Part shown: positions 18,594 through 29,905 of the stretch, piece after piece
Position numbering within the stretch: the first letter of the stretch is position 1
How the letters are laid out: every line of letters starts with the position of its first letter
Virus record (IMG/VR): IMGVR_UViG_3300009068_004979
Source of the DNA: a virus
DNA: 64,000 bases
Direction: 5' to 3' (one strand)
Program-made: the position numbers and the translations under genes
The notes under the pieces: generated by a model
The model's database searches: none
Told to the model about the DNA's origin: nothing
Seen by the model: only the letters and a program-made list of their open reading frames with translations

Positions 18594-18599
18594 TTAAAT

Positions 18600-18605
18600 T
18601 ATTTA
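18600..18605 (-). promoter_or_regulatory. Late promoter box TAAATA (tail fibre operon)
   Basis: 6 nt before ATG 18593. Confidence 0.65.
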
Positions 18606-18626
18606 TTAAAATTGAGCGTTTATCAA

Positions 18627-20243
18627 TTAATTTAAGTAGATTATAATGGAGCTACTATATGCTTTATCTAATTCGCTCTTAAGCAAATTCATTAGATTTA
18701 TCTGTACATCATATAGCTTTTTAAATGCTCTATTGACTATAATATTTTGAAAGATTTCATTAGCACCTATATAGAATGACATGTCTGAATCAAATGCTAC
18801 ACTCTGATACTCTGCTGGTGTTAAATATCGTGCATTTGCAAACACCAGGTTGCCTAGTGAATCTCGCTTGGCTTGAAACCGGCCTTTAATTGCATCACGG
18901 AAACGCATATGATTTTGTACTAATTTAGAGAGAGATTTGTTGAATACCCAGTTTTGTGTATACTCTTCTTCAGAAATCTTTGTTTCATCATAAGAATATA
19001 TATCAAAGAAATCATCAGCAAGCACATCATACAGATTGATGCTATCAAAAAATAAGTTGAATTTACCTGCACTAGTAGCACTGTTGGTAGTGAATACCAT
19101 GGTCTTGTCACCTTCTACTGTGGATAAAGCTGCAAAAGCGTTAATATTTTCAGCTGTATTAAACTTGAACAAATAGAACAAATACTTGCCTACATTATTT
19201 TCCGGTATTGTAACATAGCGCTTGTACACATTTTTATCAGAAATTATATAGAACAGATAAGGATTTTGTGGTGAGAAAAATAACGATTTAAATGTTTCAC
19301 CTGCCATTTGAAAAGTAGAAAGATAATAAGTTGTTGAGTCTTGAAATTCATTTGAATATTTTATGAGTTTACTATCCCTGGTTAGAACCCAGAAACTACC
19401 AGACAGATAGTCAGTTTTCATGTCAAGAGGATATGATGAATAGAAGTCGCGATACAGTCCATATGTCTCTTGCCAATTTAAAAACTCATCATACTTCTTG
19501 ACGCATTTATTACCAGAATCAAGTACAAATACATTTGACCCTTGGCACACTACACTACGAGGAGAATTAAACTCTGTCTTGCTTGAGTTGGATCCATAAC
19601 CACCAATGGCATCCACATATTGCAGTGTGTTTAGTAAGACTGTATCGTCTGTTAAAAATCCTGTGGCATCATATTTGTACAGAGCATTTGCACTTAAATC
19701 CAACAAGTACATGCTGTTGTTATAATTGAAATCTATTGAATTGACATCTTGAAAATTGATTAATGAACTTGGATATGTTTCCCGCGAACTTATGGCAAGG
19801 GAAATTGATGACTGGTCATTGGGGCTTGTGAATATGACTAAATCTTTACCGTATGATGTGAAGATAGAATACTGATTGAGATTTTTATTTCTTTGAATGC
19901 TCAGAACTTTTGTTTTATCAACATTGTATAATTTGCCTGCTGTGAGCGGTCTAAACTGACTGGTGCTAAGATATCGATTCCAAGCAAATGTTGTAGAGGA
20001 CGAGCTCACACCAGCAGTTGCTGTAGAAGAAATTGGTATCACATTGCTAGCAATTTTAGAACTTTTATACAGGTATAGAAAATTTTGATACAAATGATCT
20101 AGCTTTAAATTAATAAGATCGCGTGTCACTGTATCATTATTTTGAATTTTAATTTGTTCAAAATCATATGGTAGTGACAAACTATCACCTAGATATCTAT
20201 CATAATAAAATGTTGATTGTAGGAATGCTTCGTTGATTGTCAT
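18627..20243 (-). CDS. Virion structural protein with NHL-type beta-propeller
   Basis: IGGYG....EFNSPRSV....VFVLDSGNKCVKKYD NHL repeat; position in the tail/baseplate block. Confidence 0.6.
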   Translation of the reverse strand: MTINEAFLQSTFYYDRYLGDSLSLPYDFEQIKIQNNDTVTRDLINLKLDHLYQNFLYLYKSSKIASNVIPISSTATAGVSSSSTTFAWNRYLSTSQFRPLTAGKLYNVDKTKVLSIQRNKNLNQYSIFTSYGKDLVIFTSPNDQSSISLAISSRETYPSSLINFQDVNSIDFNYNNSMYLLDLSANALYKYDATGFLTDDTVLLNTLQYVDAIGGYGSNSSKTEFNSPRSVVCQGSNVFVLDSGNKCVKKYDEFLNWQETYGLYRDFYSSYPLDMKTDYLSGSFWVLTRDSKLIKYSNEFQDSTTYYLSTFQMAGETFKSLFFSPQNPYLFYIISDKNVYKRYVTIPENNVGKYLFYLFKFNTAENINAFAALSTVEGDKTMVFTTNSATSAGKFNLFFDSINLYDVLADDFFDIYSYDETKISEEEYTQNWVFNKSLSKLVQNHMRFRDAIKGRFQAKRDSLGNLVFANARYLTPAEYQSVAFDSDMSFYIGANEIFQNIIVNRAFKKLYDVQINLMNLLKSELDKAYSSSIIIYLN

Positions 20244-23200
20244 TAGTTACTCCACTTTATTTTATTAATTCTTGCATAAACTGGCGCTAGTTTTTGCAAT
20301 TGTAATAATATTCTTTGTTCCAGAGCATATTGTAATGCAGGATCGTTGATACCACTGTTGCGCAGAATAAGGTTATAAACAGCAGATTTAGATCCAGGTA
20401 TATTAAACTTAAAGTACCTTTCAATTTCTTCTACATAATTACGACGGCCGCTTGCCAAATCAAACTCAATATCATGTATTTGCATGCCCTGTTTAGCTAA
20501 GAAATTAATATCAAAAGTATTTAATGGCTTGCTATACAGGTTAAAGTTTTTAATCATGATACCTTCTGCAAGATAAGCAGTTGTATCCAAATATTCAAAT
20601 AAAGGTATGGTTGAGCTGTAAATTGAAGCACCAATGAAAAACGGTCTGTTTATAAGGTTACTGAAACGGTATTTGCGTGGGGCAAATGTATCCATGCCTT
20701 GCTGCTGACCATCAACAAACAGATACATGTAGCCCAGATAAGAATCAAAACGCACAGCAAAATGATGATAACCTGGATCCAGTGCTGATAAGTTAAATAT
20801 AATTTCTGTTGTGGTTTTATCTGTAGAATTATAGAGATTTACAAGGCTTGCTTTGGCATTCAAACTGGCTCCTGGATATTTAGTTTCAATAATTTTACGT
20901 AAGTAATCAGCATTTGTGAGCTGCCATGGTGCAGCTGTGGATGAAACAAATGATGTACTTGCTGAAGTATATGCACCAGTAGTATTATCAATTTTATAAT
21001 ATTTGAGCTTATTACTAGCAGTTGGTAATTGCACAGTAATAATAGGATATCTATCCGATTGACTGCCAGTAACAAATTCTGATACTGCATCTACTCTGTA
21101 ATTTACATAGCCGTCTGACGGGAGTACACCAGATAGTAATAATGTTCTTGTGCTTGTAAATTTAGCAAATTTAATATCATTATAAAGAATCCAAATATTA
21201 TTATCGAGATCAACAGTGAACCCATTAATTTTAGTAGATGAAAATGCTACTGTGACATTAGTATTTGAATCAATATTGTCCCATCTATATATGGCAGTAT
21301 TGGTTGAATAGTAAATTGTATCGTCTATTCTGAATGATTGGTTACCTTCTGTAAAATAAAATAGCTCGTTAGAATTATCAATAGTAGAGGCACCATTAAT
21401 ATTATTGACATTATCTGTAAATCTAAAATGACCTGCAGATTGCTCTTGGTTAGTTATGTCTAGGTAAGCACCTGAATCAAAAGTATAAGATACAAGTGTT
21501 TTAGTGCTAGGACCTGTTTTGTTTAGAATGTATGCTGTATTATCTGTGTAATCAATGTCTTGAACTGCAGTAATAACACCAGCAGGTGTCTTGGAGCTTT
21601 CCACGTTCAAGTTATTCATTCTGCGAATTGAGCCATCAGCAAATACCAAGTGATAGTCTAAAAACCCCTCGCGTTTAATAATTCCTGTGATGTTACTATC
21701 AAATTCCACATTATTAAGCGTGATAAAATTAGTATTAGTTATGTTGAGTATTTTGTTTCTGGGTATCAACAGAGTGGGTGTAATTGAGTTTTCATTGAAA
21801 ATACCAAACCCATCATTGCCATAATTGCCTATAAATTGATATGCAAATGGCTTGTTCCAATCATTGCAATGAGCATAGAAGCAAATGGTAAATTGATTTG
21901 TTTCATTTATGGCTGATAGCGAATTGGTAATTGCATAAGTGTTTCCGTTGAAAATAAATTCATTATCTGTTGTTATCTGATCTGTTGCATCAGAACCATC
22001 AATGTAGTAAAACTGAGGCAAGCCACTCAAGATTAATATTGGATTCAATGAATTCAAATAGCGATTCACATCAGACGGGCCATAGTGATGATAAGCATAA
22101 TAGGTTCCCTTTTCAAACACAAGATCTGATGGTTTATCAAAAACATCCACATCCCCTAGCAAATCTGCTACACGGGAAACTAAGCAATCAAAAATAGTTG
22201 CATACTTGATGGCTTGAAATTCTGATGCTGTTAATGCTGCAAAAAATGAAATTTTCTTAGGGTTGTAATAACGATCCATCCAGATGGGTTTAACTAGAGG
22301 ATCAACACTGCCTGATAGCCATGCACACAAGAAATTACCAGAAGTTTCTTCAATGGTGTCACCATAGTTAGATGTGTTTCTAAAGTCTGCTTTTTTCTTG
22401 AAAAGTTTATCTGATTTTAAAGGATGATCGCCAGCTATGGCGCCGGCTTCTGTGAGCCCGGAATCATTAATGTTGAGTCTTTCAAATGGATAAAATACCT
22501 GTGGAACATGAAAGTAGGTGACTTTATCGCGCTTGAGTTCTATCTTGGATGTATATGCCTCATATCCAAGTGAAATGTTATCATTACCATTCAATTGGTT
22601 TGAACCTGTGAACAATTTTTTATAATCTCTGAATTCAACTCTATTTTCATTAAAGAACGGATTATTTCTGGACTGATAATTTTCAGATGTATTAGTATTT
22701 TTGAGAGAAAGTGCATTCACATCCAGGCTTGTTCCAGATAGTGTTAAGTATTCATTGTTGAGAAGCAAGTTTGATTCAACGTTAACATAACTAAAGCCCG
22801 GATTAATTTCTTGTGAGTTAGTTTTTAAGTTCTTTTTATAGCTTACCCATGAGTCAAATAGCTTTGTGTTGTTAGGGGCTTCATTTCGAGGTATGCATCT
22901 AAAAATTGAATTTGTTCCATAAGGCAATTGTGATGCTGTAATAGCAGACACCAGTGCCAATTCTTGATTACCAGGGTTGAAGCTCAGGTATTGAATAATA
23001 TCATTAACGTTCTTGAGAAACACAACAAAATCATTGGCACGATCATACACATAATTGAACACCTGTGGGCTGTAGGTGCCAAGTACATCAAGAGCTGCAT
23101 CCTTAGGAAAACTTAAATTGCCTGCTGCATCAAAAGTGAGATATCTGGCAACACCTTCATATTCATGACCAATTTTGCACAGAGTATCTGTTAAAAATAC

Positions 23201-23602
23201 TATGTCAAAAAAGTATCTGTTGTCTATCTGTGTGTATGTACCAGACACAGCTACTGCTGCAACATTTTGTGCAATGTCTGGCTCTTCTGTGACCCAGAAG
23301 CGAGAAGTAGGTGTGATTTGCGCAAATGCATTAACAGCTAGGTATGTGGAAAACCCTTCATCTTCAATTTTACTCAATTGATCTATGTTTAAATTGGTGC
23401 TGAGTACTGATTTATTTGTTAAGAATAGTGAAGAATAATTGTTAGTTCTGTTGTCGTTTAGATTGTTTAAAACTTTGGTCAACGGCAAATTAATACCTTG
23501 CTCCGTAAATAGCATGTTTTGATTGAAGCTTATGGATGTATCTGGTGCGTATTTAGACGTCAAACCTAAGAAATTGGTTGAGCTTAATGTGATAACCTCC
23601 AT
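20243..23602 (-). CDS. Large virion/baseplate protein with LamG/concanavalin-like and propeller segments
   Basis: FIFNGNTY..FTICFY; GYHHFAVRFD..MYLFVDG..FFIGA..IKNFNLYSKPL. Confidence 0.55.
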   Translation of the reverse strand: MEVITLSSTNFLGLTSKYAPDTSISFNQNMLFTEQGINLPLTKVLNNLNDNRTNNYSSLFLTNKSVLSTNLNIDQLSKIEDEGFSTYLAVNAFAQITPTSRFWVTEEPDIAQNVAAVAVSGTYTQIDNRYFFDIVFLTDTLCKIGHEYEGVARYLTFDAAGNLSFPKDAALDVLGTYSPQVFNYVYDRANDFVVFLKNVNDIIQYLSFNPGNQELALVSAITASQLPYGTNSIFRCIPRNEAPNNTKLFDSWVSYKKNLKTNSQEINPGFSYVNVESNLLLNNEYLTLSGTSLDVNALSLKNTNTSENYQSRNNPFFNENRVEFRDYKKLFTGSNQLNGNDNISLGYEAYTSKIELKRDKVTYFHVPQVFYPFERLNINDSGLTEAGAIAGDHPLKSDKLFKKKADFRNTSNYGDTIEETSGNFLCAWLSGSVDPLVKPIWMDRYYNPKKISFFAALTASEFQAIKYATIFDCLVSRVADLLGDVDVFDKPSDLVFEKGTYYAYHHYGPSDVNRYLNSLNPILILSGLPQFYYIDGSDATDQITTDNEFIFNGNTYAITNSLSAINETNQFTICFYAHCNDWNKPFAYQFIGNYGNDGFGIFNENSITPTLLIPRNKILNITNTNFITLNNVEFDSNITGIIKREGFLDYHLVFADGSIRRMNNLNVESSKTPAGVITAVQDIDYTDNTAYILNKTGPSTKTLVSYTFDSGAYLDITNQEQSAGHFRFTDNVNNINGASTIDNSNELFYFTEGNQSFRIDDTIYYSTNTAIYRWDNIDSNTNVTVAFSSTKINGFTVDLDNNIWILYNDIKFAKFTSTRTLLLSGVLPSDGYVNYRVDAVSEFVTGSQSDRYPIITVQLPTASNKLKYYKIDNTTGAYTSASTSFVSSTAAPWQLTNADYLRKIIETKYPGASLNAKASLVNLYNSTDKTTTEIIFNLSALDPGYHHFAVRFDSYLGYMYLFVDGQQQGMDTFAPRKYRFSNLINRPFFIGASIYSSTIPLFEYLDTTAYLAEGIMIKNFNLYSKPLNTFDINFLAKQGMQIHDIEFDLASGRRNYVEEIERYFKFNIPGSKSAVYNLILRNSGINDPALQYALEQRILLQLQKLAPVYARINKIKWSN

Positions 23603-23623
23603 AACTTTATTTATCCAAAGATT

Positions 23624-24301
23624 CTAAATAGCAGCTGTGAGACCTTCTATGGAAGTTGCATATTTAAACAATGTTACATATTCTGGATCAGTTACTTCTA
23701 TGACTTTCAAGTCTTTATTGAAACTCTTGGAGAGCTGCAATGAATCTAACAAGTGATAATCCCCAAATTCAAACAATGAATCATGATACATGTCAAAGGT
23801 AATATTGAATATGTTTACAACAGAACTGCCATTGATTACAGATACAGATGGATTGAATGTGGTTTTAATTTGGTTGGATGGCCAATAATCATGTGCAGGT
23901 GAGGTGCTTTTTGGATCTGCAGCATTGGTTGTGGATGCAATGCCTCGTTCCACACTCCTAGATGTTCCGTCACCAAAGTCATACACTATTTTTAACAATG
24001 GATAATATTTTGTATCCACAGCAGATGGTACAAATGTGATGGTGTATGGTCCTTTGAATGGACCTGCTGTTAAAAATGTGAGTGTGTTGGTTATGATGTA
24101 TCCCCATGGGAAGAAATTGCCTCCTTGTGCAGTGAATGGGTATACAAATGTGCCAGTTGTGGTGGTGAATCGGCTTCCATCTGCTGATATAGGGTAAGTA
24201 AAATTAGTGCCTAGTACTGGATCCACAAAGATATAATGATTGATTAAATCAGGTGTACCATATGTTTGAGTAGTGGATAATACTATGGAATATGTTTTCA
24301 C
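23624..24301 (-). CDS. PKD-domain virion protein
   Basis: KIVYDFGDGT..PAHDY PKD signature; GTG start. Confidence 0.55.
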   Translation of the reverse strand: MKTYSIVLSTTQTYGTPDLINHYIFVDPVLGTNFTYPISADGSRFTTTTGTFVYPFTAQGGNFFPWGYIITNTLTFLTAGPFKGPYTITFVPSAVDTKYYPLLKIVYDFGDGTSRSVERGIASTTNAADPKSTSPAHDYWPSNQIKTTFNPSVSVINGSSVVNIFNITFDMYHDSLFEFGDYHLLDSLQLSKSFNKDLKVIEVTDPEYVTLFKYATSIEGLTAAI

Positions 24302-24313
24302 TTTAATTACTTA

Positions 24314-26746
24314 TCAAGGCAATCCCAGGCTGCTGCCTATGGTGCGTTTGGTTAAATCATATAGCCGGTTCACTTGAAAATCTGATACAGCTGTGAGAGA
24401 TAACAAGCCAGACATGAAGATGGTGTTGTTTGAATTGGTATAGTTTATTGTTCTGGGGTCATACACTATGCCTGCTGCCAAAGTCAGATTGGACGGTTGA
24501 GGGTATCCATATGTATCTTGTGGTAGCACTGAACCTATGGGATATATGGTTTGTGTGATGGTGTTGTTAATATAATATTTGCATGCAGAAAGAGAGCTGG
24601 CAGGTGTGTAGAAACAGAAGAATGGATTGTTATCATAATAGCTTCGCAATCCAGCTGGGCAAAATACATTTAAATCTGTCCATGTGCGAATCCATTCACC
24701 TGGGTATTTGCCATTGAAGTCACTGTAGAAATTGCCTAGTCCTAAGGTACCAGCACCAAAAGGTGTATTCACATGTAATCCTGCCTCATGACCGATATAT
24801 CCATAAGCTGGTGCTGCATATGATCCAGGTATGCGACCTGCTACTATCTTGAGCATGTTGCCGTTATCTCCTGGACCGCCTGGGTTACTATACCAGCTAC
24901 CATTTAAGTTTACAATGCCAAAAGATGCTATTCCATACTGACCAGCACTCTGTGGGTAAGTGTTGTTGTTATAATCAATCAAATCTACCCAGGTGCCACT
25001 GGTGAACAGCAATCCTTGATCAGTCCATTGAGGATAAGGAATATAAACTTCTGGTTTGTTGAAGCGAGAGGCATATTTGTTATAATTTTTAGCTACTTCC
25101 CATTGTGTTAATGGTTGATTGTAAACTTCTGCTAAGAAAAATTCGCATTCTTGAGCATGAGAACCACCAATATAAAAGAATTGAATGCCTTGATCATACG
25201 GAATAACAAATTTACCCACTTGTGAAACGGTTAATACACCGTTAAGATAAAGGCCCGCACAAACATATGGATTGGCAGTAGAATAATTTGCAGATGGTGT
25301 CACTGTTATGGTGACGTTAATAGGCTCATTCAGAGGCAAGGGATCCGGTGTAACGACATTACTAATAGTTCCACCGCTTTGATTGGTATTAAAATATAAT
25401 CTGCCTTTAAGAGAAGCCCCCGCACCATCGCCGAACAGAAAGCAGCGATACCCGCTTATTAAGTAATTTTCTGAAGAAGTGATCGAAGTGCCATAAGCAT
25501 CCGGGTAAGCGCTCAACTGTAGCCAGAAATTAATAGTGAAGTTGCTGTTTAATCCAAGCCCTGTCCAGGTGGCTCCTGCAGGCGCACCAGTGCCGTTAGG
25601 AACACCGTATATAATAGGATTATAATCATTACCAGCACCACTCAACACATGCAATGCACCGCCATAAGCTGTGGTGTACACATACCCAGCTGTATTCCAA
25701 ACATTAGCATAATATGGCAAGTTTTTTAAATTGTTAACTCTCCACGGTTCACTCGGTTTGTAGCTTGATAGATTGGCAATGTCAATGTAGTATACTCTAT
25801 TATCGGCAGGCACTTGGTAATCATACCAGCTGCTCATGATACCATTGGAAGTGGTGAGACCGCCTAGACTGTATACTGTTTTGCCAGACCCTGCATTAAA
25901 CGGTGTGGCCATGGGCCAGCAAATGAAACTGTCCCATAAGTCAAGAGCCTTTAACCCCACAACAAATTCATTGATGGGCACAATGTCAGTGGCACCACTG
26001 GCATTTACAAACGCTTGAGCATCAGGATCATAGGGACCAGCAGATGTTGCATCTGTTTTGAATGCATCAATGTTGAAATTCTGAACTGCAAAATTTGTGC
26101 CTGTGACATTCTTAGAGAAGCTCAAGCACGGCTTAACGCTCACAGGAAAATCATATGGTATAATTGTTTCAATGTAGTTGTGTGAGGCGTTCCAGCCACC
26201 TAAATCTGTAGCTGGTTTTATATCTACCAGTAAACGCTGACTAAAATCAGCCAATCGAACTCTCACTCGGTAGAAATCAGGCTCTGCTGTGGTAGATTGA
26301 TATAAAGAAATAGGTACACTGTATGCAGTACCTGCCAAGTTTTCTGTGCGGTAAAAGGTGTTGTAGCTGGACAGATAGTCTGCTCTTAAACAAATAGTAT
26401 TGGGTACTGCATCAGCATAGCCATTGATATGATCTGCGCTTGTAGCATAGTTGCCTGTGATATCAAATCCAATGCCTAGTGCACCACCGGCAATGCCATA
26501 ATAAAAGACTGCGCTACTAGCTGATGTGCCAGTAAAGTAAGCATAGTTTAATGCCGAGCCAGGTCCACCGCCACTCAATGCATCATTGTTGGCGTTGACA
26601 AAAAATAAATTGAACCCTTCACTACCAGAGGCAGGTGCTCCGTAGCAAGCATAATCAAAAGTTACGACTATGTCCTTGGATGTGTCTAGCTTGTCTTGCA
26701 GATAAATGGCATTGCTTCTGCTTTTGTTTGTGAGTGTTTCAGCCAT
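24314..26746 (-). CDS. Multi-domain adhesin: legume-lectin-like + DPDAQAF domain + LamG-like domain
   Basis: GSEGFNLFF..GGGPG..GALGIGFD L-lectin; YDPDAQAF..GLK..LW; FTINFW..LYLNG..YNQPLTQWEVAKNY. Confidence 0.6.
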   Translation of the reverse strand: MAETLTNKSRSNAIYLQDKLDTSKDIVVTFDYACYGAPASGSEGFNLFFVNANNDALSGGGPGSALNYAYFTGTSASSAVFYYGIAGGALGIGFDITGNYATSADHINGYADAVPNTICLRADYLSSYNTFYRTENLAGTAYSVPISLYQSTTAEPDFYRVRVRLADFSQRLLVDIKPATDLGGWNASHNYIETIIPYDFPVSVKPCLSFSKNVTGTNFAVQNFNIDAFKTDATSAGPYDPDAQAFVNASGATDIVPINEFVVGLKALDLWDSFICWPMATPFNAGSGKTVYSLGGLTTSNGIMSSWYDYQVPADNRVYYIDIANLSSYKPSEPWRVNNLKNLPYYANVWNTAGYVYTTAYGGALHVLSGAGNDYNPIIYGVPNGTGAPAGATWTGLGLNSNFTINFWLQLSAYPDAYGTSITSSENYLISGYRCFLFGDGAGASLKGRLYFNTNQSGGTISNVVTPDPLPLNEPINVTITVTPSANYSTANPYVCAGLYLNGVLTVSQVGKFVIPYDQGIQFFYIGGSHAQECEFFLAEVYNQPLTQWEVAKNYNKYASRFNKPEVYIPYPQWTDQGLLFTSGTWVDLIDYNNNTYPQSAGQYGIASFGIVNLNGSWYSNPGGPGDNGNMLKIVAGRIPGSYAAPAYGYIGHEAGLHVNTPFGAGTLGLGNFYSDFNGKYPGEWIRTWTDLNVFCPAGLRSYYDNNPFFCFYTPASSLSACKYYINNTITQTIYPIGSVLPQDTYGYPQPSNLTLAAGIVYDPRTINYTNSNNTIFMSGLLSLTAVSDFQVNRLYDLTKRTIGSSLGLP

Positions 26747-26747
26747 A

Positions 26748-29700
26748 TTAGAAAATAAACTCCCCTGCAGCTATGCTGCCACCACTGCCTAACAGTGTGT
26801 ATGTGGCAAAATTTGCACCTGTAACTGAGTTACTAAAGTTTTCTGAATAAGCATATAAATCTGGTTTGAGCATGTTGCTAATAATATTTGTTAAGCGGCC
26901 ATTAAAATATTTAAATGATGTATTGAAGATGTAGAACATGCCAGAAGCATCTTTGCCCATGTAAGAAAGGTTGTAGCGACCTGTTTCATCAGAATAATTT
27001 AAGATGGGTTTCTCAATTTCTACTATGTTAATATCATAGCCAGTGCCAGAAAGTGTAAAGGCAGAGAGTGTGTTAAATGTTAATGCAGCTGTAGTCACAC
27101 GTGGATACAATTGAGCAGTACCAAATGTATCTAAATTAACAACATATATTTGTGGGTATATGATCTTGTAATTTGTGGCACTATATTCTCGGAACAATGT
27201 TGTCTTGCAGAATATTAACTCTTTTTCTTGTTCATTAAACCATACAGTAGATGTTTTTTCAAATGCTCTGTATGGTCCTTTGTAGATGAAGTTTTCATTG
27301 TTAACAGAGCTTTTAACAGTATTAGAAGCATAATTAAATTTGATCTGATCAAAAATTAAGTAATTTTCTGTTTCAATTTGAATTGTGTCATAATACACAT
27401 CAAAATCAATTACATGGTTATTAATATCATCGCGAATTTCTGGTGTATACTTTACAAATATGGCAGATAGAGCTGAAGACACTGGCTGCACCACAGTGCC
27501 ATTTGAATTGCGATAATAGAAATCACCATAATTCACATTGCGTGTATCATAAATTGTTTGACGCGTAGCTATACCACTTAGATTATCGAGAACGCGTGTT
27601 GTTCTATTTGCAATGTGAATATTTGCAAAGTTTGATTTTTCTATATATGGTATAACGACATTTGTATTAATATCACCACAAGGTGATGCACTATTAATAG
27701 CCATGTAACTGCCATTGTATGGTGTAACTGCAGAAGCAGGTGGTACAAAAGTGAAGTTACCTGCAAAAGCAAAGTTTGCAACAAAATTTGGTGATAATGG
27801 ACTCACACCACCATCTGCTAATTCTGTATAGTACAGCGCTAGGTTAGCAGGATCAAATCCTGGATCGTCACTTGATGAATCTGGAAATAACCCACTATTG
27901 GCATTTACAAACGTTTGCCCGTCTTTAATATTACAATTAAAAGTTACAGTTACAACACTTGGGCAAAAAGATTCTGGTTGCAAGTTATAAGATTGAATAC
28001 TATATGGATTTCCAGAGAGTGTAAATTCTGGTGGTCCTTGATTGTAGAAGTATGTTGATAGTGGTGATACTCCTGTGAGGGAATCTGCATGCGTCCACCA
28101 TCCTGTGCCTGGTGGTATATTGTTAGTAGTTTTTAATGTAACTCCAGAGTATTCTTTTGCAGGATTAACTTCGTTCCAATCAAAATTATAACCTGATACT
28201 GAGTCATAAAATGAATACCCATCCAATATGAGGCAGTATAGCAATCGATTTTCAGCTATGGCTTCAGGTGTATTAACAAGTGTTTTGAGAGGATCAACAT
28301 CTTTATATAGACCATATTCATTGCCATACACATCGGTTTTATATTGAACCATGGTCTTGTTGACTGATAGTAAGGTATTAATACGATTATCAATAGGAAA
28401 TTCATTAGATGGAATAATTGGATATACATCTTTGTTGGCCCATAATTCACGCTTTTCAGGGCTAAAAAAGTCTTGTGGGTCTTCATAGCGTGCCAAGCCA
28501 AAATTAGAATAATCAAGAGATTGCTCTCTGGACTGATATGCTCTAAAAATTTGATACAATGGATCAGTATCAGCATCACCAAAGCGATAGCTATTGGATT
28601 CGTCAATCTTGTTAAAATAGCTTTGATCTGCAAATACTAGCGGTGTTGTGTATTCTGTTTTTGTATTACCTGAAATATTACCAAACTTGTTAGGGTCAGG
28701 AAAAATATAAATTGTATTAGGTGTAAGTCTACTGGCAGAAACATTGGCAACTGAACTAAAGTTTGTAAAATTAATTAATCCTATTTTATCAGGCTTAAAA
28801 AACAAACCTATTTGTTTTGCTGTCTTTAAGAAATCTGTGCTTGGGACTGCAGCAACTGTTGGGTAGCGTTTATTTAGATAATTTGCAAAGTTGGATTGTG
28901 CTGTAAATAGCACACCGGATACAACATCATAAACTGTGGAGCCAGTTGATACATAATAAAAATCTGTACCCAGATACTTTTCTGTTAAAGTTTTTTCTAG
29001 ATTTAATTTTAAATTTTCGACACTTCTATTATTAACTAGATTAATGTAATCACTATCTTTAAGATATCCTAGCTGATTTGAATTTGGTTCAACTGTAATA
29101 GAAAAATTATTGTCACCCAGCTCTATGGCAAAAAATGGATAGGATGTAATTGCATTTGTAATGCTAGTATTAAAATCCAAGGACAAATAAGGATCTATGC
29201 CATATGTATTAGCCTCAAAATATGTGGCGCGGTCACCGGATGTTGCGTCATAAAGTGTTGCAGATAGTGCAGGATTTATATCAAAGTAATTGGGGTATGT
29301 ATCATATAAATCTTCTACATTAATAATAATATTATTACGAATATCAGAAAGAGATAGATTTAATGTTCGTATTAAATCCGTTAAATCTTCTGTTTCTAAC
29401 GATTTTGAAATTTCATTATATATTGTTTTTTCTATACCGAAATTGGAGCCTTTGAGATTGTATCTTAGATTGGCTGTTTTTACATCGTCACGCAGAGTGC
29501 TAAAATAGATGCAAATGTCTTTGATCTTTTGCGCGAAAAATGGTATAGCTATGGCTAGATCACGGGGGTTGTTATAATCAAGATTTTTTAAATAACGTCT
29601 TTCATCAACTGTTGTATAGTTTAAAACTATTTCATTTATAAGGGTTGTATACAGGTATTTTGTGTAGTCAACCGCAAAAGGTTGTTTGATATTTTTAGCA

Positions 29701-29891
29701 GCATACCAAGCAGTTATGTATGTTTGATATCGTCTAAGAAAATCTTCTACATTGGTAAACAATCGCTCTGAATACTTTACCCACTCTGTAAATGATAGTG
29801 GAGCAATGCGATCTGTAGCTGACACACTGCCAATTTGTGTTGTTATGGAGCTTTCCAGATTACCAGCTATAAATCTTGTTGATTCAGGCAT
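26748..29891 (-). CDS. Large baseplate/virion structural protein
   Basis: 1047 aa in the baseplate block; RYNLKGSNFGIEK resembles the P2 gpI/T4 gp7-like motif. Confidence 0.45.
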   Translation of the reverse strand: MPESTRFIAGNLESSITTQIGSVSATDRIAPLSFTEWVKYSERLFTNVEDFLRRYQTYITAWYAAKNIKQPFAVDYTKYLYTTLINEIVLNYTTVDERRYLKNLDYNNPRDLAIAIPFFAQKIKDICIYFSTLRDDVKTANLRYNLKGSNFGIEKTIYNEISKSLETEDLTDLIRTLNLSLSDIRNNIIINVEDLYDTYPNYFDINPALSATLYDATSGDRATYFEANTYGIDPYLSLDFNTSITNAITSYPFFAIELGDNNFSITVEPNSNQLGYLKDSDYINLVNNRSVENLKLNLEKTLTEKYLGTDFYYVSTGSTVYDVVSGVLFTAQSNFANYLNKRYPTVAAVPSTDFLKTAKQIGLFFKPDKIGLINFTNFSSVANVSASRLTPNTIYIFPDPNKFGNISGNTKTEYTTPLVFADQSYFNKIDESNSYRFGDADTDPLYQIFRAYQSREQSLDYSNFGLARYEDPQDFFSPEKRELWANKDVYPIIPSNEFPIDNRINTLLSVNKTMVQYKTDVYGNEYGLYKDVDPLKTLVNTPEAIAENRLLYCLILDGYSFYDSVSGYNFDWNEVNPAKEYSGVTLKTTNNIPPGTGWWTHADSLTGVSPLSTYFYNQGPPEFTLSGNPYSIQSYNLQPESFCPSVVTVTFNCNIKDGQTFVNANSGLFPDSSSDDPGFDPANLALYYTELADGGVSPLSPNFVANFAFAGNFTFVPPASAVTPYNGSYMAINSASPCGDINTNVVIPYIEKSNFANIHIANRTTRVLDNLSGIATRQTIYDTRNVNYGDFYYRNSNGTVVQPVSSALSAIFVKYTPEIRDDINNHVIDFDVYYDTIQIETENYLIFDQIKFNYASNTVKSSVNNENFIYKGPYRAFEKTSTVWFNEQEKELIFCKTTLFREYSATNYKIIYPQIYVVNLDTFGTAQLYPRVTTAALTFNTLSAFTLSGTGYDINIVEIEKPILNYSDETGRYNLSYMGKDASGMFYIFNTSFKYFNGRLTNIISNMLKPDLYAYSENFSNSVTGANFATYTLLGSGGSIAAGEFIF

Positions 29892-29905
29892 TCAAATATT
29901 TATTG

